From the human T2T-CHM13v2.0 reference genome, Homo sapiens, in the NCBI RefSeq assembly GCF_009914755.1, contig NC_060927.1: a stretch of DNA of 64,000 nt, one strand, 5' to 3'. The position numbers and the translations under genes are program-made. This document shows, piece after piece, positions 46,021 through 60,431 of this stretch. Position 1 is the first letter of the stretch; the number at the start of each line of letters is the position of its first letter. The notes under the pieces are model-generated. The model was not told where the DNA came from, ran no database searches, and saw only the letters and a program-made list of their open reading frames with translations.

Positions 46021-48551
46021 TAAAAATAGAGATTTTCCATAAACCAGCACCCAGTTTTCCCCATTATTAATATATTATACTGGTATAGTACATTTGTTAA
46101 AATTATTAAAACAATTATTGATAATAATGTTATCATCTAAAAAACATACTTTATTTAGATTTTTTAGTTTTACCTGATGTCCTTTTTCTGTTCCAGAGCT
46201 CTGATCAGAATACCACATAACATTTCGTAGTCATGTCTCCATAGGCTGCTATTGGCTGTGACAGTTTCTCGGAATTTTCTTGTTTTGGATGACTTTGACC
46301 CTTAGTTCATATTAAGGTTCATTGCGGATGTTTAACATTCTATAGAGTTGAACAAATGTGCATGCACTTATCATTATGGTTTCATATAGTTTATTTTCAC
46401 TGACTTAAAAATTCTCTATCTTCTGCTTATTCATCTCTCCATGCCCCAATCCCTGACAACCACTAATATTTTTACTCACTCCATAGTTTTGCCTTTGCCA
46501 AATGTCATATAGTTGCGATCCCACTGTGTGTACTTCTTTTCAGATTGATTTCTTTCACCTGGTAATATGAATTTAGGGTTCCTCCCTGTCTATTCATGAC
46601 TTGATAGTTCATTTCTTTTTAGCACTAAATAATATATCATTGACTGAATGTACCACAGTTTATCCATTCACCTACTGAAGAGCATTTTGGTTGCTTACAA
46701 GTTTTGGCAATTATAAACAAAGCTCTTGGAAACATTCATGGGAGGGTTTTCCATGGACATATGTTTTTAGCTCATTTATAGGACTTTTATATTTTTTCAG
46801 TGTTTTCCACATAGATAATATCATGTGCAAACAGTTTATCACTTTCCTTCAAGTTTGAATAAATTTTTTTTAAGTCTACAGTACCAAGGACTTTCTAGTA
46901 CAATGTATTGAGTGGAGAAAGAGGACATCCTTGCCTTGTTTTTGAATGTAGGGAAAAATGTCCAGTTTCACATCATTAAGTAGGTTAGCTGTAGGGTTGT
47001 TTTTTTAACTGATGTGTTTTTATCAGGTTAAGGAAGTTTCCCTCTATTTTTACTTGGTGTTTGGTTTTGTCAGATATACTTTCTTCATCATTTGATGTGA
47101 TTGTATGATTTTTCTTTGGTTGTTGTTTTTTGATGCGGTGGGTTGCAATGATCATCTCAAGACGTTTAATAAGCCTGACACATCTAGAATAAATCTCACT
47201 TAGATATCAGGTATACTTATTTTGTACATTGCTGAAATCAATTTGCTAATTTTAAAAGAATTGTTTATATTTGTATCAGTCTTTGCCTCACATATTTTAC
47301 GATTCTGCTGTTAGATATATACAGCTTTTGGGTTATCATGCCTTCTTGGAGAATTGACCCTGTTACCATTATGTAATGCTCCTCTTTGTCCCTATTTTTC
47401 CTTTTTCTGAAGTGCATATACCTACTATAGCTTTCTTTAGATTTGTGTTAATGTGGTATATATTTCTCCATCCATTTACTTCTAACCTACCTGATTGTTT
47501 ATATTTAGGAAATTTACAATATACAACAAATAGTTGTATTTTATACTTTTATCTATTTATCTAGATATTCACACTTAAATTATTGATATAGTTGGATTCA
47601 TATACAACATATTTATAAAGGTTTTCTATTTGCTTTTTTGTTTGTTTTCCCCTTTTTTTCTGCCTTCTCTGTTTTTAAAAGCAAATATTTTATGATTTCA
47701 TTTTAGCACATCAATTACGGTTTTTAGAAATATTTCATAGGTTACCCCGGAGTTTTCCAATATACATTTTCAACTGATCTAAGTCCACTTTGAAATAACT
47801 CTCTACCACTTCATGTGTTGTGCAAATATAAAAAATAATTCTCAACTTCTCCAATTCTTTCTTCATGGTGTTGCTGTCATTTTTTTCACTTATTCATATA
47901 TTGTAATTATCCAATACATTATTACTTTAAATAGTTACCGTTTAGTTTAATTAAAGCTAATGAAAATGTTTAAATTACCTTTTTTTCTTCTCTGACACAG
48001 TTCCTGCCTGAGTCAAGTGTGGTTAGAAAATCTGAGTTTCTAACCATATCCTTTTCCTTCTCCCTGAAAAACTTGTCTAAACTTTCTTGCATGGCTGATC
48101 TGTTGAAAATAAATTCTGTTTTTGTTCGTTTTGGAAATTCTTTCTTTCTTTCTTTCTTTTTTTTCACCTTTAACTGGATATTGAATTTCAGACAATGTTT
48201 TGCCTACACTTTTTTTTTCCATACTTTAAAAGTTGCACTTTAATCTCTTTTTATTTGTTTGGCTGTGATTAGAAATCCACTGAAAGTATATATCTTATGT
48301 AATTCTATACAGGTTAGATGTTTTAATTCTCTGACTTCTTTCAAAAATGTCTTTTTTTGTAATATGTATATGTTGTGGTCAAATGTAGACTTTTTTCCTA
48401 CTTTTATTTTTGGTTTTGAGTGTTAAATCTTTTGAAATTGTTCCTTATTATTTAAAAATTCTGTGTAATTTTTTTTAAAATCATTTTCTTTATGTTCTTC
48501 AGTTTGGGAAGTTTCAAGTGACGTACTTTCAAGCTCATTAATTCTTTTTAG

Positions 48552-48907
<356 letters not shown>

Positions 48908-49211
48908 TTTTTTTTTTTTTTTTTTTTTTTTAGATGGAGTTTCGCTCTTGTTGCTCTGGCTAGAGTGCAATAGTGTGTTTGGTTCACTGCAACCTCTGCC
49001 TCCAAGGTTCAAGCAAATCTCCTTCCTCAGCCTCCCAAGTAGCTGGGACTAAGTGGCGTGCACCACTAAGCCTGGCTAGTTTTTATGGTTTTAACAGAGA
49101 CGGGTTTCACCATGTTGGCCAGGCTGTTCTAGAACTCCTGACCTCAGATAATCCGCCCACCTCAACCCCCCAAAATGCTGGGATTACAGGCATAAGCCAC
49201 CACGCCTGGCC
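48908..49211 (-). mobile_element. AluS (Sq-like)
   Basis: 'gagtttcgctcttgttgc'; full dimer directly adjacent to the AluY. Confidence 0.93.
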
Positions 49212-50676
49212 TAAAGACATTCTTAATTTCTATTATAGTGCATTTTATTTTTTTTTATATTTCTTACTGTTTACTTCTCTGTTTATATTATTCATTTGTT
49301 CTTACACTCTATTGTCTTAAATTAGATCCCATACTGTATTATTCATAGTTTATTAAAAGCCCTGTCTAATAATGAAAACAATTGTGTCATATCTGAATTT
49401 TTTTCCTGAATAGTTTGTCTCTTTAGAATAATTTTTTTTTGCTTTTTAGTATGACCGGTAATTTTTGTTAAAAATTTCAGTGTGTATAACTTTGCTATTC
49501 TCATGGCAGGAAGTTGAGCTGTTTTTAACACATCTTGCAGCTATAAGTGCTAAATAATATTCCTCTAGTGTCCTTGTTTTGGTTTCTTTGCTGTCTTTAG
49601 GTTTCCCTAAGAACTCCTTCAATAGAGGCTGCACTTTCAGCTCTCTTAGCTGTAATCTCCTGTTGTTGTACTGGAGCCCTGGAGGCATGAGGGTAAACTA
49701 CGAAGGATGGGAAGCAGTCTGTAATCTTACGATTAAACCACAGACTTTTAGTGGGCATGTGTTTCTGGGCTATAACCTTCACAAGTGTTTCTTTGTTCCT
49801 CCCACTCTTTGTTGAGACAGGAAGACTAGAGGGACTTGCAGGGGAAATGTTTTCCCCCAAGCTTCGATAAGGTTTCAGTAGAACCTCTTTTTTTCCCTTA
49901 AGAGTACAACTTAGCTGTATAAAATCCTCTGGATATATTCCATAAAGTTTACTCTTTTACCACCATTACCACCGCCCTCCCCACCAGAGCAATGGAGTCC
50001 TGGTGAGATCTTTCTAATCTCTTCACCCTCTGGCACAATTCCTGCAGGTTAAACAATGAAAATGTGGGACCCTTCTAAGACTGCAATCTCTGTTGTTTTC
50101 ACACTTTTATTTTAGTCCACACAGGTTCTAGCTTTAAAATTACTGCTTAATATTTTCTACAAGTTTATGATTCCAACAGTTTCTGTTCTAGGGAAGTTGA
50201 TCTCATTTGTGACTCTATATTAGCCTGTGTCTCTAGAGATCAGGGTAACAGTTTGCTGTGCAAATTCAATTCTCTAGGGTTTAAGAAAATTCATTGATTT
50301 TCACTTTGTCTAAATCCTTATTACTGTAAGCATGCTGTGAACACTTTCAAACCCTTTACATGGCGAAACTGAAACAGGAGGCTTCATTATATTTATTGTC
50401 AGACAAATAATAGCTATCACTGCTGAGAATAATAATATTGAGAACATAACAGGCTTGAGCTCTTATAAAATGTTATGATTTTGACAGGCTCCTCCATCTA
50501 AAATTAAATTAAAACTTTTAATCTCCTTAACATTCTGTGAAATTATTTAAATGCACATTCAATGGAGACTAATGTAAGCAATTATGATGAAAAGACAACA
50601 AAACATCAAGGTTTGGGGATTGAAATAGGCTTCTGCAGATCTACCATCAGCCACTGTCATTTTGTTTGTTAAAAGT

Positions 50677-51001
<325 letters not shown>

Positions 51002-51793
51002 TTAGAGGTGAGTTCAAATTTCTACTTCTTAGATTACTTCCCTGGAGAACAAATGTCAATTATAAACTTTTTTTTTCATTGGCAACTCTCAAAATTCAAA
51101 GCGTTAAACTGGTAGCGGGAACTTGAAAATTTGCAGGTATAAAAGTCCAAGTGCTTTTTCAACTGAGTCAAGGAGACCACAGAAAATGCAGCATGAGAAA
51201 AGGTTATAAATGTATGAAGCAAACCAAAAAACTTCCAAAAGTTCTTAGGAGAATCTTGGGAAAGCTAATATTTGCCCTCTATAAGCACTAAACTTGCAAA
51301 GATATTTTAAAAAGAAAAAAATTAAATAATTACCAGAAGGAAGAAGAAATAAAGATAAAATAAATGTATTCAGCTTGGTTTCATGATTAATTTTAAAATA
51401 TTAATATTTATTTTGTGTTAGAAAAAGTATTGTCCATTTAGTGAAAACCTATTACAAATTCTGTCAATTTAACCACAATTTTAAAGAGAATAAGAGGCAG
51501 ATACAAACCTCATATAAACAAACTTTTCTTTTTAGGTTCTTGCAAGCAGTGTACAAAGGATTTGAAGAAGTGCTGTAATACCAAAAACTATCAGAAATCC
51601 AGCTAACACTATTTTCTCATGAAGTATACAAAGGTTTACTGGCCAGCACAGTAAATTTAAACTCAATATGCACGTAGTCCTACTGGTAATATGCACCTTT
51701 CCCTTTTGATTTTTGATGAGCTATTCTGCAAGGCTTTCAAAAACCCAAGAAAACAATGTAAATAAAGCAATATCAGTTTATAGACAGCATTAA

Positions 51794-52347
51794 CGTAACC
51801 AAATGGCAAGTTCAGCTGCTCACTGTTTGCAATGTCGAATAACAAGGATGAGGTTAGGTAGAAAGAAACTGACTTTATTGTCTAAAGCTAGTAATGGGGA
51901 AGTGGTTTAGGCTCTTTTCTTAATGGAACCACCTCAAATATGGGGCGGAAAGCGAAGGTTTAAAAAGGGAAGCTCGGCATTTGGGGTATGCATGGGGGGT
52001 GAGGTGGTGCAAGTCTACATGACTTGTTCCTATGACTTGAGTTATTGCTACATCTGGTGAATGGGCTGACACCATCACAGGCACAACTGGAGTGTAAATT
52101 AATCACAGCCTTGAAGTGTTCTGATGGTAGGGTAGAATTTCACAGACACCTGGATTGTTTCAAGACTCCATCTCTGGAACTCCTAAGAAAACATAGATAA
52201 GCTAGCAGTGCAAGGGGTATCTGGTGAAAAACAGCAAAGATCACAATTACTTCTCTAAGGGGCTAAGTAAGCAGTGAGCACACATGGAAAACAGGAAAAG
52301 AAGGGAAATGGAAAAACAATTTTTAGGAAAAGAGGTACTCAGTCACA
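51794..52347 (-). mobile_element. ERV1-class solo LTR (LOR1/LTR24/LTR29-like, family tentative)
   Basis: Ends 'cgtaacc' ... 'ggtactcagtcaca'; reverse poly(A) signal 'tttatt' near 51874; candidate 4-bp TSD ttaa/ttag. Confidence 0.72.
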
Positions 52348-53523
52348 TTAGTACTATTTGACATTTTTGTTTAAATTTTGTATTAAATATACTATAAGCT
52401 TTTAATGAAAAAACAGAAAAATATAAACAGAGTTTTTACCAGATATTTGTGTACTTCTACAATAACCATAAGAAATAGATTCTAAGATAGTTGCATGGAA
52501 TACAAAAAAAATCTCAATTTTTAAAAGATAAAATTACTTACAGCCTAGAAAACAAATATACACTTCTATGTGTACATTCTAAAAAATTCTTCTTTGCATT
52601 GTTACCAGTACAAATGAATTCACCTAAAAAAACCATAAAATTCCACATAATTATTGCCAAACATTGTAACTAAAAATCTCAAAACACTTTTAATTTAAAA
52701 TTATCTATGCTTTAATTGGGCATGTTCATGTACTCAAGATTTAGATAAAAGTGAAACCAGTATAATAAAATTATTTTCTGGTTAACAATTGCTCTTTCAT
52801 TAACAATTGTCCCTTTCTTACAATATTAGCTAACAATTGTTTAACTTAAGTATATTTTGTGGAAACATTTGCACCTAATAAGAAACAAAATATCAACTAT
52901 AAAATAAGGTTTCACTCATAAATTTCTTTCTTAGGAATAGACTTTAGTTAAAAAAATTGTGTTCTTATTTACAATTTTAGAGGCATAATGTAGTCATATG
53001 TCTTACAATGTAAGGCAAAAATAAGTCTGTAAAAAATATCACTTAAAACAAAAATTAAAGTGACTCATTTACTGTGAATAATTATTTATATAATAAGATA
53101 TTCACACCTACTTATTGAACATCATATGTCTTTTTTTTGGGCATAAGTGAGTTTCCTAAAGGCTTCCAATCCCCCACTGGCACAAAGGTCAAAGGTGTAG
53201 AGGAAAGGCTAGCTTTTGTATACAATAGAAACTATTCACCATGATCTAAATAATAGACAAAGAAACTGAGGATGAAAGAAGAAAGGGCAGAACTTTTTGG
53301 TTTTGCCTCAGATTTAACCCTCTGTAATTTTTCTTTTTTTTGTTTGTTTGTTAAAAGTAATATTATAACTGTGATTAGATACTCAGACTGGTTCAGAAAA
53401 GCAGTTTTAAATTAGTGTACAGTTGAAATAAAGTATGTTCACAAACCATGTTTTTCTCAATCATTTTAGTATAATACACTAAATCAAGTATCTGTAGGGA
53501 GGATGTCAGCAGGATCTAGTTAG

Positions 53524-54014
53524 TGTTGCAGCTCTTTCACTCCCGTCGTTCGGTAAGTTCTGAGTTCTTGTTCCACACCCGAGAAGAATGTGGTACATGG
53601 GCACTGGAGAGTGAGTAAGGCAGAGTAGAATTTATTGAGTTACAAAAAAGCTTTTGGCAGTGAGAGGGGACCCAAAAGTGGGTTGCCAGTCACATGACTG
53701 AGTTCGGGGGTTTTTATGAGCTTGGAATGGGGAAGTGCGTGCTGATTGGTTTGTGGGTGGGTTTGGAAAAAGCACCATTCAGAAAGAGGCAAGATAGTGT
53801 ATAGAGCTAGTCAGAGGAGGGTAGGTATACGTAAAATAGGTGAAAGTAAAAGACCAATCGGGAGAAAGCAAGGCAAATGGGAATAGGAGTTCTCACTCTG
53901 GTCCACGGATTTTATCTGGAGCTGGAAGCTTAGTTGTCCTTGGCTTGAAGGTTGCATTTCACCAGGAACCCATCCTTGTCTGCCTAGGAATTTGCCTGCG
54001 TCCTTTAACTATCA
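53524..54014 (-). mobile_element. ERV1 solo LTR (MER52/LTR27/MER61-group)
   Basis: TG...CA ends; 'ctggagagtgagtaaggcagagtagaatttattgag', 'gtgcgtgctgattggt', 'tctgcctaggaatttg'; candidate TSD ttag/ctag. Confidence 0.78.
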
Positions 54015-54179
54015 CTAGCTCACCTCATTTAACATCTATTAATTACTTTGTTTATATTTCAAAATTATAATCTTCCAATAAGTACTGTCCTATATATATA
54101 TATAGAAACATTTGAAGCTAGCTAGATAGCTATTAATATATTTTTGCACTTTTAATAAGTTATACCTTTTATTCAATAA

Positions 54180-55025
54180 TTTTCATCACTCATTGCATTT
54201 TTCAGACCCCATATGATGTGTCATGCACTCTACAAAGTGGGAACCAAGTGGTGTGATGAGCGGGCAAAACTTACTCTCCCATAGTCACAGAAAAATTATA
54301 GTTAATGGGAGATATCCTGGGGCAGAGAACATGGAAATGCTTTGCACTTGTAGGTAGAGAATATTACATGTAAATACATGGAGAAATGGCAGGTCAATAT
54401 ACATGGGACATGGAAAGAAGTTCAGTATAGCTAACTCACCAGTTGCAGGTGGGATCACAATTGACAATAAATAAAGAAAAGGGTAAGAGTCCGGGAAATA
54501 AAGATCTGGAAATCAGGTTGAGATGTTCGAGCATATGTGGAAAGTAATGGGAGGAGGCTCTGGAAGGAAACAAAGCTCAGATTTCACGTACGGCTTTAGA
54601 GGTCATGTTAAAGGTTTTGGTTAGTATCTGAAGACCAAAGGTAAGCAAGGAATATTTTCAGTGCAGTAGTGCAGGACATCAGTTGCATTCTAAAAGATAA
54701 TCTGCCTACAATGGAGAGAATGACATGAAGGAAAGCTAGACTAGAGTTTGCAATAGTAGTTTGGTGAGAAATAATAGTTTAGAACAAAAAGGTGGCTATT
54801 GAGGTAGAAAAGTATTTTAAAATTTGAAATATGTTTAAGATGGAGAATAGATAGTATATAGGCGAAGAGCAGTTGTCTGTAGGAAGAAGAGTCAAATGGT
54901 AACTCAGACTTCTGGATTGAACAACTGGATGGACAGTGACACACAGTTTGGAGATAGACTAATTGGTAAGAAGAATAGAGTGAGTTTGATTTCAAAACTC
55001 AACAGTTTAACATGTTGAGTTGTAG
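54180..55025 (-). mobile_element. L2 fragment
   Basis: Purine-rich L2 body: 'ggtcatgttaaaggttttgg', 'ttgcattctaaaagataatctg', 'cttctggattgaacaactggatggacagtgac'. Confidence 0.7.
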
Positions 55026-55027
55026 GG

Positions 55028-56207
55028 TGTGACAAAATTGAATTTTATCTGAGCCCTGTGCTCTTAGAAAATAGCGACAATTAAGAAACCCACCAACAGG
55101 CTTGTTCTCGGACCAAACTGAAGGCTGGGCTGCTTGTTCTCACAGTCCAATAATGAGATCTAGACAAAGTGGAAGGGAAGAGAGTTTATTTTTGTAACCA
55201 GGTACAGGGAGAAGGCCAGGAAAAATTCGCCAGACTAACTCCAAATTACAAAGCTTTTCAGTGCTTATATACCTTCTAAGCTACATAGCTACATGTTAGC
55301 GTGCATTCATCTGAAGACACAAGTGATTGGTTCTCTCTAATCTATAACTAAGGTCTGGATCCTGGATACCTTCCTCCGGAACTTCCGTAAATTTGCTTAT
55401 TCTAGATAGTTCCTGGTTCTGGAGGTGATTACCTTTATCTTATCTCCAGCTAAGGGGGGCAGTCTGAAGGGTTTCTTCAGATCCCCAATAAAACTTGTTT
55501 AATCTTAAACAGGTCCTGTTAAGAATTCCTTCATTATCTTGTCATGCTTCAAGGCCCAGTAAAGGTCTAGGCAAAACTCCTGGTGGGCTTTTGTTACATT
55601 CGAGCCTTTGTATAGGGGCACTGGCTCTTTCCATCTTTAATATTTAACCTAACCACTCAGTCACTGCTGAAACCCTTGTCATAGAGGCCTGCCTGTTCAG
55701 CTGTTAGTGAGACTTGGCCTGCCATCGTTTGTGTTTCAGAAAAGGGCTTACTGCAAACACCCACTCTTCACCATATGATTTAGAAGACTTATAGATGCTC
55801 TCTTAATAAATCTTGACAAGGCTCAACAAGACAGGCTTTCCAAATTTTCCCTCCTTGCCTCATAAGTGAGTTGAACTGTTTTGTCTCCACTAATCAATTA
55901 GAACCAAATGCTTGTTAATCAAAGTTTAATTAGATTTATCTTCTCCTTCAAGGCCCTAAACTTTGACTGGCTCTCACCTTAAGCCAGCACACAATTCCTC
56001 TTTAATGACCCCGTCTGAGAATAGGCTGGGCCTCAGGTAAAAACATTCATATCTACTGTCCCATCATGCCCCTTTACTCATCCCACTCCTCCATCCAGCG
56101 TTCTTTCTAGCCTTGTTTACTCCTCCCTGTAAAAGAAAAGTCTTTTTTGCCTAACCAATAAGATGCTTGCAGATCTCATTGCAGATCTCAGAGCTATTGT
56201 TATAGCT
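55028..56207 (+). mobile_element. ERV1 (MER4-group-like) LTR split by a second LTR
   Basis: Starts 'tgtgacaaaattgaattttatctgagccctgtgctc' and resumes at ~55725 with 'tttgtgtttcagaaaagggcttactgcaaa...ccatatgatttaga'. Confidence 0.6.
55102..55724 (-). mobile_element. Nested ERV solo LTR (LTR62-like, family tentative)
   Basis: 'tgttctcggaccaaactga' ... 'taatatttaacctaaccactcagtca...gttagtgagacttggcctgcca'. Confidence 0.72.
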
Positions 56208-56289
56208 TGCTACATCTTTTTCTTTCATCATTTCCCTTTCCCCTTTCTCTCATTTTCTCCTTCCCCATTTTTTAGTGATAAATAAAGCT

Positions 56290-56900
56290 TAGGAGGTACA
56301 ACTACAACACATTGAAGGATCAAGTACAACTTTTATTGAAGAAAATTAGTAAGGATAAGTGTTATAGGCAATAGAGTAGCATGTTCAAAGAGGACATGAT
56401 GCCCTTGTGGGGGAGAATTGTAAACAGCTCCATGTGACACTAACATCAGGTAACAGTGGGAAAAATAAGACTAGAGAAGAAAACAGGGAAGATTATCTGT
56501 ATCTCAATCTATATTGACATCTATGCCTTTATCTATAAGTCATCTATATTTGTGTCTATATCTCTCTAAATGACTATGAATATCAGGCTAAATATTTAGA
56601 TATTATCTCAAATGTAATAGAAAGTTGTTCGAGTATTTTTAGCAAATGTAATAGAAAGTTGTTCGAGTATTTTTAGCAGAGAAATAATGTAATAAAATGC
56701 ATGTCCTTTAAAAAAGGATAGTCCTTTTAAAAGGTCACTCAGGACCAGCTAGTAGTATATTTTTAAGAGAGACTGCAATCAAAGAGTCTATATGAGGCTA
56801 GAGTGTTATCAAGAAAGCAGTGATTAATCTTGCACTAAGAGCATAAGTGACAGGGCATATCGAAAAGGATGGATAAAATTTAAGACACAGAAAGCCATGT
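56290..56900 (-). mobile_element. L2 fragment
   Basis: 'ataggcaatagagtagcatgttcaaag', 'caggctaaatatttagatattatc', 'ttttaaaaggtcactc'. Confidence 0.55.
56609..56676. repeat. Perfect 34-bp tandem duplication
   Basis: 'caaatgtaatagaaagttgttcgagtatttttag' x2. Confidence 0.95.
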
Positions 56901-57082
56901 TTCAGACTCCAATTTATATGGTTGCAAAATAATTTTATACTATATATATAACATATGTATATACATACACACACACACACACTATTCGTGCATAATATGT
57001 AGTAAAGCAATTTTCTAATGTGATTAAAAAAATATTTTTTTCTATGCCCCTGACTTGAAATTTAAGAGAGTATGATTTTATG

Positions 57083-57136
57083 GTGTGTGTGTGTGTTTGA
57101 GTGTGTGTCTGCCTGGGCATGTGTGTGTGTGTGTGT
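57083..57136. repeat. Interrupted (TG)n microsatellite
   Basis: Directly visible. Confidence 0.8.
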
Positions 57137-57303
57137 TTTCTTTTCCAGGGTAATCCTTAGCCCAAGAAATTAATTCTATTTGCTTTTACAAAACATTTTT
57201 CAAACACCTCTACTTTTTTCAAAAGTTGATTATAATCGTGAGGATAAAAGCCTGTAAATTGTATTATCTTTTTCAAAGGCAGTTTTAAAATTATTAAACT
57301 ATG

Positions 57304-57355
57304 GTAGATTTAATGTAAATGTAGATTTAATGTAAATAACAGATTTAATGTTAAT
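57304..57355. repeat. Short tandem repeat, ~17-bp unit x3 (gtagatttaatgtaaat)
   Basis: Directly visible; third copy is degenerate. Confidence 0.8.
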
Positions 57356-58598
57356 AGTGGAAAATTCACCAGCATAAAGAATAAATAACATATATATTAG
57401 AAAGTAATGCACATCATTGCCTTTATTTTTAAATAATCAGTTTCATATTATACTTTCACTACAATTGCATATTGTGAGTAATATATAATCATTGGGTATA
57501 TATCAAGCATTTTGTTCTGTACATATTTTTTAATTTCCCTAACAACTACAATAAAGTTTTTAAACTTCACTGCAATCAGAGTAGGGTTTTACATTTATTT
57601 AGGTAGTCTGTTTATTTTTAATGATTTCAATAATGTAATTGTTAATTGGAATGGGTTGCAGTCTCAGAAATTATGTTTTTGTTCCTTCTGGAAAATAAGG
57701 TTTACAACTAATTTCCATCAGTTGCTATCTTACTTTCATACTGTGTGTCAGCCTCTGTGTTTACTTGGTGTTCAGCTAAGTGTTAAATGGAATCAATTAA
57801 ATAGAAGTTTCAACTAAAAAGTTGATAAGTTTTATTGTTGAAATGTGCATTGTATAAGTATTTATTTTTTTGTATTACACAGACTATAAACATACTTGGA
57901 TCATTTCAACAACTAAATAACAGGCTTATTTGATCAGGAGGGAAATTCAGCTTAAATACGACCTTCACAAGAGCTATCTGGTAGATGCTCATGTATGGAA
58001 TTTTTTTGATAAATTGATATTATTAGTCAGCAAAGCACTTTGTTGTTTATTTTTTTCTTTTGTTTAATTAATTTATTATTTACAAGTTAATAAACTAATG
58101 TTGCCAACATCCTATTTTGACAGAAAGTTTGACTTAAAATTTAATTACTCATATGAAAAGTTAATCAGTACCTACTTTTGGAAATAATGCCCAAAGCTAT
58201 AGGAAATACAAAGAAACACAAATGGGTTGGGGCAAATACGAGTTTATGAATAGCAGCACTATCATGTGGAATATAAGTTACACATATATTTCTTATTTCA
58301 AAGAGGAGGTCTTCATGTTTTTGCTAGTTGTGTTGTTGTGGGGGGAATCCTGATGGATAGATTACTAAAGTAATTGGGATTTCCCTTGTGTCTATGACTA
58401 GGGATAGGTTTTTGATAGGTTAAAAAGATGGCATAGGGAATAGCAAAGACATTTTGAGCAAAAGCACAAGTGAATATGTACCAGGTATGAAAAAACAGTA
58501 ATTCATTTTGATTATACAAAATTAATCACACATTAGTGTGATTATTGATATGAATGAAACATATTTTATAAGTTTCAGGATACAAAAATTAATGTTCA

Positions 58599-58946
<348 letters not shown>

Positions 58947-60382
58947 TCAAGAATTCAATCCTATTTACAATAGCCACACAAAAAATTAAAATACCAAGGA
59001 ATACATCTAACCAAGGAAGTGAAACATTTCTGCAAGAAGAACTACAAAACAATGTTGAAAGAAATCACAGGTGACACAACCACATGGAAAAACATTCCAT
59101 GCTCAGGGATTAGAAGAATCAATATCATTAAAATGGCCATACTGCCGAAAGTGATCTACAGGTTCAACGCTATTGCAATCAAACTACCAATGCCATTTTT
59201 TATAACTAGAAAAAACTATTCCAAATTTCATATGGAATCGAAAGGAGCCAAAATAGCCAAAACAAGCCTAAGCAAAAAGAATAAAATTTCATATAGAATC
59301 AAAAGGAGCCAAAACCCTAAGCAAAAAGAATAAAACCCTAGGCATCACATTACCCAACATCAAACTATACTATAATGCCACAGTAACTGAAACGGCACAG
59401 TACTGATATGATAACAGGCACATACACCAATGGAGCAGAATAGAGAGCCTAGTAATAAAGCTGCAACCTACAGACATCTGATCTTCGACAAAGTCAACAA
59501 AACTAAGCAATGGGGAAAGGACTCCCTATTCAATAAAATGTGCTGGGATAGCTGGCTAGCCATATGCAGAAAAATGAAACTGGACCCCTAACTTTCACTA
59601 TATACAAAAATTACCTTGATATAGAATAAATATTTAAATGTGAAACCTCAAACTATAAGAATCCTAGACATAAACCTAGGAATGTCATTCTAGACATCAG
59701 CCTTGGGAAAGAATTTATGACTTAGTCCTCAAAAGCAATTGCAACAAAACCCAAAATGGACAAGTATTGTGTAATTAAACTAAGGAGCTTCTGCACAGCA
59801 AAAGAAACTATCCACAGAATAATCAGATAACCTACAAAACGGGATAAAATATTTACAAACTATGCTTTCAGCAAAGATCTAATATCCAGAGTCTATAAGG
59901 GACTTAAACAATTGGACAAGCAAAAAATAAAAACCCCATTAGAATTGGGCAAAAGACACTTCTCAAAAGAGGACATACAAGTGACCAACAAACGTGAAAA
60001 AATGCTCTCCATCACTAACCACCAGAACAATGCAAATTTCAACCACAATAAAATACCATCTCACACCAGTCAGAATGGCTATTATTAAAAAGTCAAAAGC
60101 AACAGATGATGCAGAGGCTGCAGAGAAAAAGGAATGCTTACATTCCCACACTGTTGGCGTGAATGTAAATTAGTTCAGCCACTGTGGAAAACATTATGAA
60201 CATTACTCAAAGAACTTAAGATGAAATTACTACTCAACCCAGCAATCCCATTACCAGGTATATATAAAACAAAATGTTCTACTAAAAATACACATGCACT
60301 CATATGTTCATTGTGGCACTATTCACAGTAGTAAAGACATGGAATCAACCTAGGTGCTCACCAGTGGTGGATTGAATAAAGC

Positions 60383-60386
<4 letters not shown>

Positions 60387-60428
<42 letters not shown>
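60387..60428. repeat. (TA)21 perfect microsatellite
   Basis: Directly visible. Confidence 0.95.

Positions 60429-60431
<3 letters not shown>

Noticed and set aside
56609-57355. Short direct repeats as a possible CRISPR-like or spacer array
   Set aside because: Adjacent tandem duplications with no unique spacers, only 2-3 copies, and a eukaryotic context.
58523-58544. 9-bp-stem hairpin taatcacac/gtgtgatta
   Set aside because: Short and AT-rich; expected by chance in 64 kb.
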